Counted from the whole stretch's first letter, positions 21,721 to 33,083 are shown. The stretch: DNA of 62,572 nt, filler included, from a bacterium (GCA_043817485.1; 11 parts of 11 records of this genome joined end to end with filler, not necessarily neighbours in it), one strand, 5' to 3'. The notes: generated from the sequence alone by a model not told the origin. Program-made: numbers and translations.

Positions 21721-22926
21721 TTGGAAGAAAAAATTAAAATTAGCAAAGAAGGTTTATTTGTTCCTAATAATCTCATTATTCCTTTCATAGAAGGAGATGG
21801 AATTGGTCCAGATATTTGGAAATCAGCTGTTAGAGTTTTTGATGCAGCTATTGAAAAAGCTTATCAAGGCAAAAAAAAAGTAAAATGGAAAGAAGTTCTT
21901 GCTGGAGAAAAAGCTCATAAATTAACTAATTCTTGGCTTCCAAAAGAAACATTAACTGCTTTTCAAGATTATTTAGTAGGGATAAAATGTCCTTTAACAA
22001 CACCAATAGGTGGTGGTTATCGTAGTTTAAATGTAACTTTAAGACAAAAATTAGATCTTTATGTTTGTTTAAGACCCGTATGTTGGTTTTTTGGAGTTCC
22101 AAGTCCAGTAATTCATCCAGAAAAAGTGAATATGGTTATTTTTAGAGAAAATACAGAAGATGTTTATGCAGGTATGGAATTAGAAAATTCTACAGAAAAA
22201 ACTAAAAAATTTATTGAATTTTGTCATCAAGAATTTGGTTGGAAAATTAAAGAAGATTCAGGAATAGGAATAAAACCAATTAGTAAAAGTGGTAGTGAAA
22301 GATTAGTACGGGCAGCAATAAAATATGCTATTAAAAATCATAGAAAGAGCGTTACTTTTGTGCATAAAGGCAATATTATGAAATTCACAGAAGGTGCTTT
22401 TAAACAATGGGGATATGAATTAGCAAAAAAAGAATTTTCAGATAAAGTTATTTCTTGGGAAGAATGTCAAGGAAATGTTCCAAAAGATAAAATTTTAATT
22501 AAAGATACTATTGCAGATATATTTTTACAACAAGTTTTAACAAGACCAGAAGAATTTGATGTTATTGCTACAATGAATTTGAATGGAGATTATATTTCAG
22601 ATGCTATTGCAGCACAAGTTGGTGGTATTGGAATTGCTCCAGGTGGTAATATCAATTTTGAAACTGGGCATGCTTTATTTGAAGCTACTCATGGAACAGC
22701 TCCTAAATATGCTAATCAAGATATAGTTAATCCAAGTTCTATAATTTTATCAGGTGAAATGATGTTTAGATATTTAGGTTGGACTGAAGTAGCAAATTTA
22801 ATTATTAAAGGAATAAATAATACTATAGCTAACAAAACTGTAACTTATGATTTTCATCGTTTAATGTCAAATGCTAAATTACTTAAATGTTCTGAATTTG
22901 GAGATGAAATAATTAAAAATATGTAA
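21721..22926 (+). CDS. icd: NADP-dependent isocitrate dehydrogenase
   Basis: [53 protein letters not shown]. Confidence 0.96.
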   Translation: MEEKIKISKEGLFVPNNLIIPFIEGDGIGPDIWKSAVRVFDAAIEKAYQGKKKVKWKEVLAGEKAHKLTNSWLPKETLTAFQDYLVGIKCPLTTPIGGGYRSLNVTLRQKLDLYVCLRPVCWFFGVPSPVIHPEKVNMVIFRENTEDVYAGMELENSTEKTKKFIEFCHQEFGWKIKEDSGIGIKPISKSGSERLVRAAIKYAIKNHRKSVTFVHKGNIMKFTEGAFKQWGYELAKKEFSDKVISWEECQGNVPKDKILIKDTIADIFLQQVLTRPEEFDVIATMNLNGDYISDAIAAQVGGIGIAPGGNINFETGHALFEATHGTAPKYANQDIVNPSSIILSGEMMFRYLGWTEVANLIIKGINNTIANKTVTYDFHRLMSNAKLLKCSEFGDEIIKNM

Positions 22927-22935
22927 AGGTTTAAA

Positions 22936-24339
22936 ATGCTATTATCTAAAATAATTACAGAACTAAAAGATATTGTTGGCAAAGAAAATGTAATTTCAGA
23001 AAAAGAAAAAATGATAAATTATTCTCATGATGAATTTTCTTTAAGAAATTATGATGTTTTTCCTGAAATAGTAATAAAACCTTTTAAAACAGAACAAGTT
23101 TCAAAAATTTTAAAATTAGCCAATCAAAAAAAAATTTCAATAACTGTAAGAGGTGCTGGTACAGGATTATGTTGTGGGTGTATTCCAAATTTTAATAGCA
23201 TTTTGCTTTCTTTAGAGAATATGACAAAATTTAAACTTGATGAAAAAAATGTAATGCTTGAAGCAGAAGCTGGTGTAAGATTAAAAGATATTCAAGAAAT
23301 TGTAAAAACATCAAAATTTTTTTTTCCACCACAACCTGGAGATCAAAATGCTACTATTGGTGGAATGATATCTACTAATGCAGGTGGTACCAAAGCTGTA
23401 AAATATGGAACTATAAGAAATTTTGTTAAAGGATTAGAAGTAGTTTGGGCTAATGGAGAAATTAGTATTTTAGGTGGAAAAATAATTAAAAATAGCACAG
23501 GATATAATCTTTTGCATCTTTTAATTGGGGCTGAAGGAACTTTAGGTATTATTACAAAAGCTATTATTAATCTTCTCCCCTGTTCTTCTGCAAGTTTAAC
23601 TTTAATAATTCCTTATCATAATTTACAAAAAGCAATTGAAACAGTTCCAGAAATTATTAAATCTGGTTTTTTACCTTTATCCATAGAATTTATTGAAAAA
23701 GATGTTTTGGAAATAGCAAGAACTTTACAAAATAAACATTGGCCAACTAAAGATGGAGAAGCTGATTTAGTTATTATATTAGATGGAACAAATCAAGAAA
23801 ATTTACTTGAAATATCTGAAAAAATTTCTCATATTTGTTTTAGCAAAGAAGCAATAGATGTTTTTATTATTGAAAATAAAAAAAAACAAGATGAAATTTT
23901 AGAAATTAGAAAATCTCTTTATGAATTATTAAAACCATATTTAGTAGAAACATTAGATATTTCTTTACCTTTAGCAGAAATTTCAGAACATTTAAAAAAG
24001 GTTCATCAAATAGAAAAAGAATTAGATGTATGGCTTCCTACTTATGGACACGCAGCAGATGGAAATGTTCATACGCATTTAATGAAATCAAAATTTATTA
24101 ATGGAAAATGGATTGAAATAAAAAATTGGAAAAATAAATGTGAAACTATAAAAGAAATTTTATTTTTAGATGCTAAAAAAAGAGGTGGAATGCTTTCTGG
24201 AGAACATGGCATTGGACTTATTAAAAAAAAATATTTACCTATTTTTTTAGATGAAATACAAATAAATTTTATGAAAGAAATAAAAAAAATATTTGATCCA
24301 AATAATATTCTTAATTCAGGGAAAATAATAGATTTATAA
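22936..24339 (+). CDS. FAD-binding oxidoreductase (GlcD/D-lactate dehydrogenase family)
   Basis: RGAGTGL, TNAGG..KYG, GAEGTLG, GHAADGNVH, SGEHGIG, FDPNNILN. Confidence 0.92.
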   Translation: MLLSKIITELKDIVGKENVISEKEKMINYSHDEFSLRNYDVFPEIVIKPFKTEQVSKILKLANQKKISITVRGAGTGLCCGCIPNFNSILLSLENMTKFKLDEKNVMLEAEAGVRLKDIQEIVKTSKFFFPPQPGDQNATIGGMISTNAGGTKAVKYGTIRNFVKGLEVVWANGEISILGGKIIKNSTGYNLLHLLIGAEGTLGIITKAIINLLPCSSASLTLIIPYHNLQKAIETVPEIIKSGFLPLSIEFIEKDVLEIARTLQNKHWPTKDGEADLVIILDGTNQENLLEISEKISHICFSKEAIDVFIIENKKKQDEILEIRKSLYELLKPYLVETLDISLPLAEISEHLKKVHQIEKELDVWLPTYGHAADGNVHTHLMKSKFINGKWIEIKNWKNKCETIKEILFLDAKKRGGMLSGEHGIGLIKKKYLPIFLDEIQINFMKEIKKIFDPNNILNSGKIIDL

Positions 24340-24431
24340 AAAATATAAAAATTGAGGATGTATTATTTTTCATTGTAATGAAATATTTATAATTTTTGTT
24401 TTTAAAAAAAATAAATAATAGGAGCAAGATA

Positions 24432-24638
24432 ATGAGTTATTCTTTTGAAACTATTGAAAAAAAGTGGCAAAATTTTTGGAAAGAAGAAAAAATATTTGAA
24501 ATAGAAATAAATAATAAGCAAAAATATTATGTTTTAGCAATGTTTCCTTATTCTTCTGGTAGAATTCATATGGGACATGTTAGAAATTATTCTCAAGCAG
24601 ATGTTTTAGCTCGATTTAAAAAAATGCAGGGCTTCAAT
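24432..24638 (+). CDS. leuS: Leucyl-tRNA synthetase N-terminal fragment, chimeric after ~24638
   Basis: [33 protein letters not shown]; the following sequence is unrelated (GT2-like). Confidence 0.9.
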
Positions 24639-24808
24639 GAGGAGCAATATATTGGTACTATTGTACTCAAAACCAGGCAATATGTAGATGAGGCCATCGT
24701 CGTAGACGNNNNNNNNNNNNNNNNNNNNNNNNNNNNNNNNNNNNNNNNNNNNTTAATTAATTAANNNNNNNNNNNNNNNNNNNNNNNNNNNNNNNNNNNN
24801 NNNNNNNN

Positions 24809-25940
24809 GTTCAAGATTTTCAAATACACTTTTAATTTGAGCAATAGTTACATCTCTTCCACCTAATCCATAAATGTAATTTATAATTAGTGGTTTTTTG
24901 TCACTTTCATAAAGACTTGCTTTTATTTCTGCACATAAAGGACCTACAAAAGCATTTCCACTATCAGAACGATCTAATACTGCTATTGCTTTTAAAGAAG
25001 AAAGTGTATCTTTTATTTCTTCATAGTAAAATGGTCTAAAAACTCTTATTTTTAACATCCCAGCTTTTATTCCTTTTTTTCTTAATTCATCTATAACTAC
25101 TTTAGTTGTTCCAGCAGTTGATCCTAAAACAACTATTGCTATTTCAGCATCATCTAAACAATATTTTTCAAAAATATCATAATTAGTTCCAAATTGTTCA
25201 TTAAATTGTTTTTGCACTTGTTTAATAATTGTTTTAGATTGTTTTATTGCTTCTACTTGAGATCTTTTGTGTTCAAAATAAGAATTAGTAAAAGCAACAG
25301 GTCCAGAAGTAAATGGTTTATCAATATTTAAAAGAGAATGAATAGGTTTATATTCTCCAATAAAATCTTTTACTTCTTTGTCTTCTAATATTTCTACTCT
25401 TTCCATTCCATGACTTATAATAAAACCATCAGTAGTTACCATTATTGGCAAAAGAGCATTTTCAGCTATTTTTACAGATTGAATAAGTTGTTCATAAGCT
25501 TCTTGAGCATTTTCTGAAAATATTTGAATCCATCCACTATCACGAGCACCCATTGTATCAGAATGATCACAATGAATATTAAGTGGAGCACTTAAAGTTC
25601 TATTTACTTCTGCCAAAATTATAGGAAGCCTTAATCCAGCAGCAATATAAAGCATTTCATACATTAATGCCAAACCCTGTGAAGATGTAGAAGTCATAAC
25701 TCTTGCTCCAGCACTAGAAGCACCAATACAAGCTGACATTGCAGAATGTTCAGATTCTACAGCAATAAATTCTGTATCTACTTGTCCATTAGATACAAAA
25801 CTTGAAAATATTTGTACAATTTCTGTTGCTGGTGTAATAGGATACGCAGCAACTACATCTGGATTTATTTGTCGCATTGCTTCTGCCATTATTTCATTAC
25901 CAGTACGAGCAATTATTTTTCGAGAAATTGTATTTAGCAT
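24809..25940 (-). CDS. porA: Pyruvate/2-oxoacid:ferredoxin oxidoreductase alpha subunit, 3' truncated
   Basis: AAYPITP, ESEHSAMS, TSSQGL, NIHCDHSD, YGLGGRD. Confidence 0.93.
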
Positions 25941-26176
25941 TATTTACTCTCCTTTTTTTGAGATTGTTCTTTTTGTATTGATTTTTTATAATTTTCACTT
26001 CTATAATCTGTAATATAAAAACCAGATCCTTTGAAAATAAAACCACTACCACCACTGATAATTCTTTGTATATCACCTTGACATTCATGACATTTTTCTA
26101 AAGGTAATGCTGCAATACTTTGAATTTTTTCAAATTCTAAATTACATTTTTTACATTGATAAACATAAGTAGGCAT
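25940..26176 (-). CDS. FmdB-family zinc ribbon protein
   Basis: MPTY.Y.C..C...C..C, FKGSGFY.TDY. Confidence 0.9.
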   Translation of the reverse strand: MPTYVYQCKKCNLEFEKIQSIAALPLEKCHECQGDIQRIISGGSGFIFKGSGFYITDYRSENYKKSIQKEQSQKKESK

Positions 26177-26383
26177 GATTCCTCCATATTTTAAGTATAT
26201 TAAAAAAATAAAATTACCATCTTTTTTATTTTTGTCAATTTTTTTAAAAGAAAAATAGTAATTTATGTTTTTTTAGTTATTAGTGATAATGGCTATAATA
26301 ATATAAGGTTTATGTCAAGAAAAAATATTGACAAAATATTATTTTCAAAATATAAAAAATTCATTTAAAATCGGAGAATTTAA

Positions 26384-27136
26384 TTGGCTATTTATGAAAC
26401 TTTTGGTTTTGTGCTTCAATCTAAAAATTTTGGAGAAACAGATAAAATTGTTACTTTTTTCACAGAAGATTTTGGAAAAATAAGTGCTATTGCTAAAGGA
26501 ATAAGAAAAAGTAAAAAAAGATATGGTCCTGGTTTGGATTTATTATCTTATGATAAAATATTTCTTTATGGAAAAGAACATACAACTTTATATACTCTTT
26601 CTCAATGGGAAATTAAAAATTCATTTTATGAAACTATAAATAATGATATGAATAATAAATTTATTTATCTTTCATATCTTGCAGAATTTATCAAAGAATT
26701 AACAGCAGAAAAACAAAAAAATAATAACCTTTTTAATTTAATTTTAAATATTTTTGAAAAAATAAAAAAAGTAGATGCTATAGAAAATATTATTGGTTTT
26801 TTTGAATTACATGCTTTATCTATTTTAGGGTATTGTCCCAAAATAGATAAATGTGTAAAATGTAATAGTTTAGAATCTACTCAACAAATATTTTTTAATA
26901 TTAAATGTGGTGGAATTTTGTGTAATAAGTGTAGTTTATTATATTCAGATTCTTATATGGTTAAACTTACTACAATTAAAATGATGAAAATGTTTTTAAA
27001 TTTTGATTTAGAAAAATTACTTTGTATGAAATTTAATAAAATTTTTTTTGATGAATATAGAAAAATTTTAAATTATTTTATTAAATATTATTTTGATAAA
27101 GAATTACATTCTTTAAAATTTATGGTTTATCTGTAA
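26384..27136 (+). CDS. recO: DNA repair protein RecO
   Basis: GETDKIV.FFT...GKI..IAKG.RK; C..C...GG..C..C zinc finger. Confidence 0.92.
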   Translation: MAIYETFGFVLQSKNFGETDKIVTFFTEDFGKISAIAKGIRKSKKRYGPGLDLLSYDKIFLYGKEHTTLYTLSQWEIKNSFYETINNDMNNKFIYLSYLAEFIKELTAEKQKNNNLFNLILNIFEKIKKVDAIENIIGFFELHALSILGYCPKIDKCVKCNSLESTQQIFFNIKCGGILCNKCSLLYSDSYMVKLTTIKMMKMFLNFDLEKLLCMKFNKIFFDEYRKILNYFIKYYFDKELHSLKFMVYL

Positions 27137-27240
27137 GTGCCAAGAATACCCCGTTTATGAGACGGGTATGAATTGGCACAATAATAATATATTTTCCTTG
27201 TAGAGAAGATACTTTGCCATTTATGGCGGAGGAGATTCAT
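27133..27240. mobile_element. Non-autonomous IS200/IS605-like palindromic remnant
   Basis: Left nested hairpin gtgccaa..ataccccgt/acgggtat..ttggcac; right gaag..gccatttatggc..ttca. Confidence 0.55.
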
Positions 27241-27245
27241 TAAAA

Positions 27246-28126
27246 ATGAATTATCAATTATTTAAACAAAATATACAACAAAAAAATATTGCACCAGTTT
27301 ATTTATTTTTTGGGGAAGATTCTTATCTAAGAAATCAAGCTATTGATTTAATTTATAAAATTTTTATTGATCCTCAATTTAAAAATTTTAATTTTCATAT
27401 TTTTGATGGCAAAGAAAATACTGCTGAAGAAATTATAAATGATGCCAAAAGTTATCCTTTTTTTTTTAAATAAAAAACTTATTCTTGTAAAAAATTTTCA
27501 AAAAATAAAAAACAAAATTGATATACAAAATTTACTTGATTATATTAAAAACCCAGTAGATTTTACTTGTTTGATTTTCATTGAAGAAGAAAGAGATAAA
27601 TTTAATGTTTTTTATAAAAGTATTAGTTCTTTGAAAACAGTAGTAGAATTTTATTCTCCGTTTCCTCAACAATTACCTTTTTGGATTAGTAATTTGGTTC
27701 AAAGCAAAGGAAAACAAATTACTCCAGTAGCGTCTAATTTACTTATAGAAAGAGTAGGAAATAATCTACAAAAATTAGTTAATGAAATAGAAAAATTAAT
27801 TCTTTATGTAGGAGAAAATACAAAAATAAATTTAAAAGATGTAGAAGATGTAACATCTGATATTAAAATAAATACCATTTTTGAATTGTGTTCTGCAATT
27901 GCTAATAAACAAAAAAAGAAAGCAATTTTAATTTTAGAAAAATTAAGTAAAACAGAAGAACCTTTAAAAATTTTATTTTTTTTAACTCAACAATTAAGAA
28001 AGATTTGGCGAGCACAAAATTATTTTAAAAATGGAATTGAAGAAAAGAAAGTAGCTACTTTGATTCATGTTCATCCTATGTTTATGAAAGAAATAATTAA
28101 TGCTACAACTAAATTTAATTTTGAAA
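27246..28126 (+). CDS. holA: DNA polymerase III delta subunit, frameshifted at T10 (27458-27467), 3' truncated
   Basis: PVYLFFGED..L N-terminus joins ..G.NL..L.NEIEKL part if one T is removed. Confidence 0.88.
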
Positions 28127-28226
28127 NNNNNNNNNNNNNNNNNNNNNNNNNNNNNNNNNNNNNNNNNNNNTTAATTAATTAANNNNNNNNNNNNNNNNNN
28201 NNNNNNNNNNNNNNNNNNNNNNNNNN

Positions 28227-29894
28227 GTTTATTGTAAAATGTATCAAAATATTTGGAAATATATAAAAAATTTTATTTGTGTATTAAAAAGTATAATTAT
28301 AAGTTTTATAATTATTATATTATTAATGTATTTTTCAAATTCATATTTTTTTTCAAAATCAGTATTATTTTTCAATACAATAATTCTTTTTTTATTTTTA
28401 CTTGGAATACGATTAATTGCAAGATTTATATATAGCAAAAAATTTTCAAAGCCCAATTGTCAAAATATTTTAATTGCTGGGATAGATGAAAAAGCAAAAC
28501 AATTATTACAAAATTTTAATCAATTTTCAAATATTATTTATAATCCAATCGGCTTTATTGATGAAGATACTCGAAAAATAGGAAAAGTAATTGAAGGAAT
28601 AAAAGTTTTAGGCACTTGGAATGATATTCCAGATATTGTTGCAATACAAAATGTAAAAGAAATTTTTATTTCTTCTAAAATACCAGTCCCAGAAATAAAA
28701 ACTATTATAGAATTTTGTAAAAAAGCAAAAATTAATTATAAAATTATTCCTTGTGTTAAAGATTTATTAAGTAATAAAATAATTCATCTTTCTGAAGTAA
28801 GAAATATTGAAATTTTAGATATTTTAGAAAGAGAATCTATAAATCTTGATTTTTTATCTATTAGTAATTTTTTAAAAGGAAAAAAAGTTTTAGTTACTGG
28901 TGCTGGAGGTTCTATTGGCTCTGAACTCTGTAAACAAATTTATTCTAATTACAACGCAAAATCTTTAACTTTAGTAGATAAAACAGAAAATTATCTTTAT
29001 GAAATTGAATGTGAATTAGAAAATATAAAATCTTCTTGTAAATATTTTTCTTATCTTTGCGATATTACTCATAAAAACAAACTCAAAACAATTTTTGAAC
29101 ATTCAAAACCAGATATAATATTTCATACAGCAGCATATAAACATGTTCCTTTATCAGAAAAAAATTTTATAGAAACAATTGAAAATAATATTTTTGGAAC
29201 TAAAATTATAGCTGATTTAACAAATGAATTTGGCATAAATTGTTTTACAATGATTTCTACAGATAAAGCTGTTAATCCTACAAGTATTATGGGTGCTACT
29301 AAAAGAATTGCAGAAATTTATATACAAAATTTATCCCAAAAAAGTAATACTAAATATTTAACAGTTAGATTTGGAAATGTTTTAAATAGTAAAGGAAGTG
29401 TGATTCCCCTTTTTCAAAAACAAATAGAAAAAGGAGGACCTATAACTATTACTCATCCTGAGATGGAAAGATATTTTATGACTATTTCTGAATCTGTTCA
29501 ACTTATATTACAATCTGCTACATTAGGACAAAAAAAAGAAATATTTATTTTAGATATGGGAAAGCCGATTAAAATTATTGATTTATGTAAAGAAATGATA
29601 AAATTATCTGGTTATAATTTAGAAAAATTTCAAATTAAATTTATTGGCTTACGACCAGGCGAAAAACTTTCTGAAAAATTATTTGAACAAGAAGAAAAAA
29701 TTTTACCTTGTTCTCATCCTAATATTAAAATACTAAAACCTATCCATTTTTCTAATGATATAGAAAAGGATTTAATTGAATTACAACAATTAATTCAATC
29801 AAATCCTTCTTTTAATCAAATTGCAATTAAATTACAAAAAATTATTCCAAGTTACAAATCTAATTTTTTTGCAAACATTGAACCGACGATTTAA
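28227..29894 (+). CDS. Polysaccharide biosynthesis nucleotide-sugar dehydratase (CapD/PglF family), 5' partial
   Basis: VTGAGGSIGSEL, AAYKHVP, STDKAVNP..MGATKR, VRFGNVL.S.GSV, GLRPGEKL. Confidence 0.93.
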   Translation, partial: VYCKMYQNIWKYIKNFICVLKSIIISFIIIILLMYFSNSYFFSKSVLFFNTIILFLFLLGIRLIARFIYSKKFSKPNCQNILIAGIDEKAKQLLQNFNQFSNIIYNPIGFIDEDTRKIGKVIEGIKVLGTWNDIPDIVAIQNVKEIFISSKIPVPEIKTIIEFCKKAKINYKIIPCVKDLLSNKIIHLSEVRNIEILDILERESINLDFLSISNFLKGKKVLVTGAGGSIGSELCKQIYSNYNAKSLTLVDKTENYLYEIECELENIKSSCKYFSYLCDITHKNKLKTIFEHSKPDIIFHTAAYKHVPLSEKNFIETIENNIFGTKIIADLTNEFGINCFTMISTDKAVNPTSIMGATKRIAEIYIQNLSQKSNTKYLTVRFGNVLNSKGSVIPLFQKQIEKGGPITITHPEMERYFMTISESVQLILQSATLGQKKEIFILDMGKPIKIIDLCKEMIKLSGYNLEKFQIKFIGLRPGEKLSEKLFEQEEKILPCSHPNIKILKPIHFSNDIEKDLIELQQLIQSNPSFNQIAIKLQKIIPSYKSNFFANIEPTI

Positions 29895-29910
29895 ATCGTC
29901 GGTTCAATGT
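29875..29910. repeat. Perfect 36-bp palindrome overlapping the capD-like stop codon
   Basis: acattgaaccgacgattt|aaatcgtcggttcaatgt. Confidence 0.95.
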
Positions 29911-30055
29911 GAAAAATTTCAACAAAGTTTATGGGCAAAAATCTACAATAACTTTTTTCTTGACGATAAAAAACATCTTTATACAAGTTTTTTTTATTTC
30001 CAATTACTATCAAAATTATTTATAAACTTTTAATTGCAAATTACTAAAAAAAATT

Positions 30056-31486
30056 TCAAAAATATAACAATTTTGCATATAATTTTTCATATTCTTTTGC
30101 AGATTTTTTCCAAGAAAAATCTTGTTTCATCCCATTTTTTACAATTTCTAACCATTTTTTCTTATTTTGTTTAAATACATTATGAGCATTTTTAATAGTT
30201 TCTAACAATGCACCAGAAGAATATTCTTCAAAAATAAAACCATTTTTTTCATTTATAGTATCTGCTAAACCGCCTGTTTCTCTAACAATAGGAACAGTTC
30301 CATATCTTAAACTAATAAGTTGTCCTAAACCACAAGGTTCATAATAAGAAGGCATAAGAAAAGCATCTACTCCAGCATATATTTTTTTTGACATTTTAGC
30401 ATCAAAACAAAGATGAACTCCAATGCAAGATTTATATTTTTGTGATAATTTTTCAAACAAGGTATGATATTTTTCTTCACCAGTTCCTAAAAGAACAAAT
30501 TGCATACCTTCTTCTATAATTTTTTCTATTATTGGAGAAATAATATCAAGTCCTTTTTGATCTGCTAATCGAGTAATCATTCCAATAAGAAAAATATCTT
30601 TATCAACTTTTAAATTATTTTCTTGTTGAAGAATAAGTTTATTTTTTAATTTTTTATTTATTGTTTTAACATTATAATTTTGAATAATATCTGTATCTTT
30701 TTCTGCATCCCAATATTCATAATCTAAGCCATTTATTATTCCAGAAATTTTATTTTGTCTATAACTTAAAACTTCTTCTAATCCACAACCAAATTCTTTA
30801 GTTTGAAATTCCTTTGCATAACGAGAACTTACAGTTGTAATCCAATCAGCATAAATAATGCCACTTTTTAAAAAATTAAATTTGTTCCAATATTCTAATT
30901 TATCAAAAGTAAAAAGTTCCCATTCTAATCCTGTATTATTAAAACTTTCTTTTTCAAAAAGTCCTTGATATGCTAAATTATGAATAGTAAAAACACTTTT
31001 TTTATTTGCAAAAAAAGGATTATTGGCATATATTGTTTTTAAATAAACTGGAATTAAAGATGATTGCCAATCATGTGAATGATAAATATCTGGAGAAAAA
31101 TTTATTTTTTGAATTACTTCCATTACGGCTTTATTAAACAATATAAAGCGAATATCATTATCTTTATAATCTCCTTGTTTTGTGCCATATAATTCAGATC
31201 TTTTGTAAAATTCATCACAAGCAATAAAATAAATAATAACACCTTTTTTATCTTTAAAAGAAAATACATCTATTTTTTTTGTATTTTTATTTAATGAAAT
31301 TTCTAAATTTTTTATTTCTAATTTTAAAGGAATTTTTTTATCATCAATTATTTCATATTTAGGCATAATAACTCTTACATCATTTCCTAATCCAAATAAT
31401 TCTTGAGGCAAAGAACCAATAACATCTGCTAATCCACCAGTTTTAGCATAAGGAATCATTTCTGATGCAATAAAAAGTATTTTCAT
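30056..31486 (-). CDS. glgA: Glycogen synthase
   Basis: KTGGLADV, HDWQ, TIHNLAYQG, EPCGLGQL, TGGLADT. Confidence 0.96.
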   Translation of the reverse strand: MKILFIASEMIPYAKTGGLADVIGSLPQELFGLGNDVRVIMPKYEIIDDKKIPLKLEIKNLEISLNKNTKKIDVFSFKDKKGVIIYFIACDEFYKRSELYGTKQGDYKDNDIRFILFNKAVMEVIQKINFSPDIYHSHDWQSSLIPVYLKTIYANNPFFANKKSVFTIHNLAYQGLFEKESFNNTGLEWELFTFDKLEYWNKFNFLKSGIIYADWITTVSSRYAKEFQTKEFGCGLEEVLSYRQNKISGIINGLDYEYWDAEKDTDIIQNYNVKTINKKLKNKLILQQENNLKVDKDIFLIGMITRLADQKGLDIISPIIEKIIEEGMQFVLLGTGEEKYHTLFEKLSQKYKSCIGVHLCFDAKMSKKIYAGVDAFLMPSYYEPCGLGQLISLRYGTVPIVRETGGLADTINEKNGFIFEEYSSGALLETIKNAHNVFKQNKKKWLEIVKNGMKQDFSWKKSAKEYEKLYAKLLYF

Positions 31487-32724
31487 ATTATATTTTCCTC
31501 CATTATATTTTCTTTTTTTTGTATTTTAGGAATAACTACTATTCCTTCTTTTGAAACAAAAAACCGTTTTTTATCTTCTTCTAAATTATGTCCAATTACC
31601 GAATATGGTGGAATATATACATTTTTATCTATTATTGTTTTTTTTATTTTAGAATATCTACCAATTTCTGCTCCATCCATAATTATAGATTCTTCAATAT
31701 CACAATAACTATTTATTTTTACATTTGGAGAAAGAATACTTTTTTGAACAGTACCACCACTAATAATACAACCAGATGAAACTAATGAATTTAAAGCCAT
31801 TCCAACACGACTATTTCCTGTTTCTCCAAATACTGTTTTTGATGGTGGTAATTGACTATGATATGTATATATTGGCCATTCATTGTCATATAAATTAAGA
31901 ACTGGATCAACATTTACAAGATCCATATTTGCTTCCCAATAAGCAGAAAGTGTCCCTATATCTCTCCAATATTGAATTTCTTTTTTATTTTCATCAATAA
32001 AAGGAAATGCAAAAACTTTATTTGTTGATACCATATTAGGAATAATATTTTTTCCAAAATCATGACTAGTTTCTATGTTTGTCGCATCTTCTTTAAGCTT
32101 TTCTAAAAGTGCATCTGTTTTAAAAATATAAACTCCCATAGAAATATAACATTTATCTTCTTTATTTAAAATAGTTTTTGGATTTTTTGGTTTTTCTTCA
32201 AATCCAATTACTTCATCTTTTTCATTTATTTCAAGAATTCCAAATTCATGAGATTTTTCTTTAGGCATTTCAATAATACCAATAGTTACATCTGCGTTTT
32301 TTTCTTTATGAAATTTAAGCATACGACGATAATCCATTTTGTATATATGATCTCCAGATAAAACAAGAATATAAGCAGGATTAAAAAGAGAAATAAGTTC
32401 TATGTTTTGATAAATTGCATCAGCTGTTCCTTGATACCATTTTTCTTCTTTTTCTGTTTGATGAGCTGGAATTAAATCAATAAATTCATTAAATTCACGA
32501 GAAAAATAATTCCAAGCCATTTTTAAATGTTGAAATAAAGAAATAGATTTATATTGAGTTAATACAAATATTTGTCGCAAATTAGAATTAACACAATTAG
32601 ATAAAGTAAAATCTATAATTCGATAAATACCACCAAAAGGAACTGCTGGTTTTGCTCTATCACGAGTTAAAGGATATAACCGTTTTCCTCGTCCACCAGC
32701 CATAATAAATGTTAAAACTTCCAT
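31483..32724 (-). CDS. glgC: Glucose-1-phosphate adenylyltransferase
   Basis: AGG.G.RL.PLT..RAKPAVPFGG, WYQGTADA, GDHIYKMDY, DFGK. Confidence 0.96.
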   Translation of the reverse strand: MEVLTFIMAGGRGKRLYPLTRDRAKPAVPFGGIYRIIDFTLSNCVNSNLRQIFVLTQYKSISLFQHLKMAWNYFSREFNEFIDLIPAHQTEKEEKWYQGTADAIYQNIELISLFNPAYILVLSGDHIYKMDYRRMLKFHKEKNADVTIGIIEMPKEKSHEFGILEINEKDEVIGFEEKPKNPKTILNKEDKCYISMGVYIFKTDALLEKLKEDATNIETSHDFGKNIIPNMVSTNKVFAFPFIDENKKEIQYWRDIGTLSAYWEANMDLVNVDPVLNLYDNEWPIYTYHSQLPPSKTVFGETGNSRVGMALNSLVSSGCIISGGTVQKSILSPNVKINSYCDIEESIIMDGAEIGRYSKIKKTIIDKNVYIPPYSVIGHNLEEDKKRFFVSKEGIVVIPKIQKKENIMEENII

Positions 32725-32922
32725 TTTAAAATTACCTTTTTTATTGAAAATATTTAATTTTTAAATATATAAATAAAAATACTTAAAAGTCAATTTTTTT
32801 ATTTTTTTTAAACATACCAATCNNNNNNNNNNNNNNNNNNNNNNNNNNNNNNNNNNNNNNNNNNNNTTAATTAATTAANNNNNNNNNNNNNNNNNNNNNN
32901 NNNNNNNNNNNNNNNNNNNNNN

Positions 32923-33061
32923 ATTCATTGATTTGCATCTCCTTTTTTTTTATTTTTTTTTATTTATAGTATAAAAAAGGGGGGAGAAGCAAATAAAATC
33001 TTAATAATTGCTAATAATAAGCATTTTAAAGCGTATTGTCAAAATACTTTTGACAATACGA
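32923..33061. repeat. Second copy of the 139-bp upstream segment (palindrome at 33032-33060)
   Basis: Identical to 11645-11783. Confidence 0.97.
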
Positions 33062-33083
33062 AACATTTTAAGGAGGAATTAAA

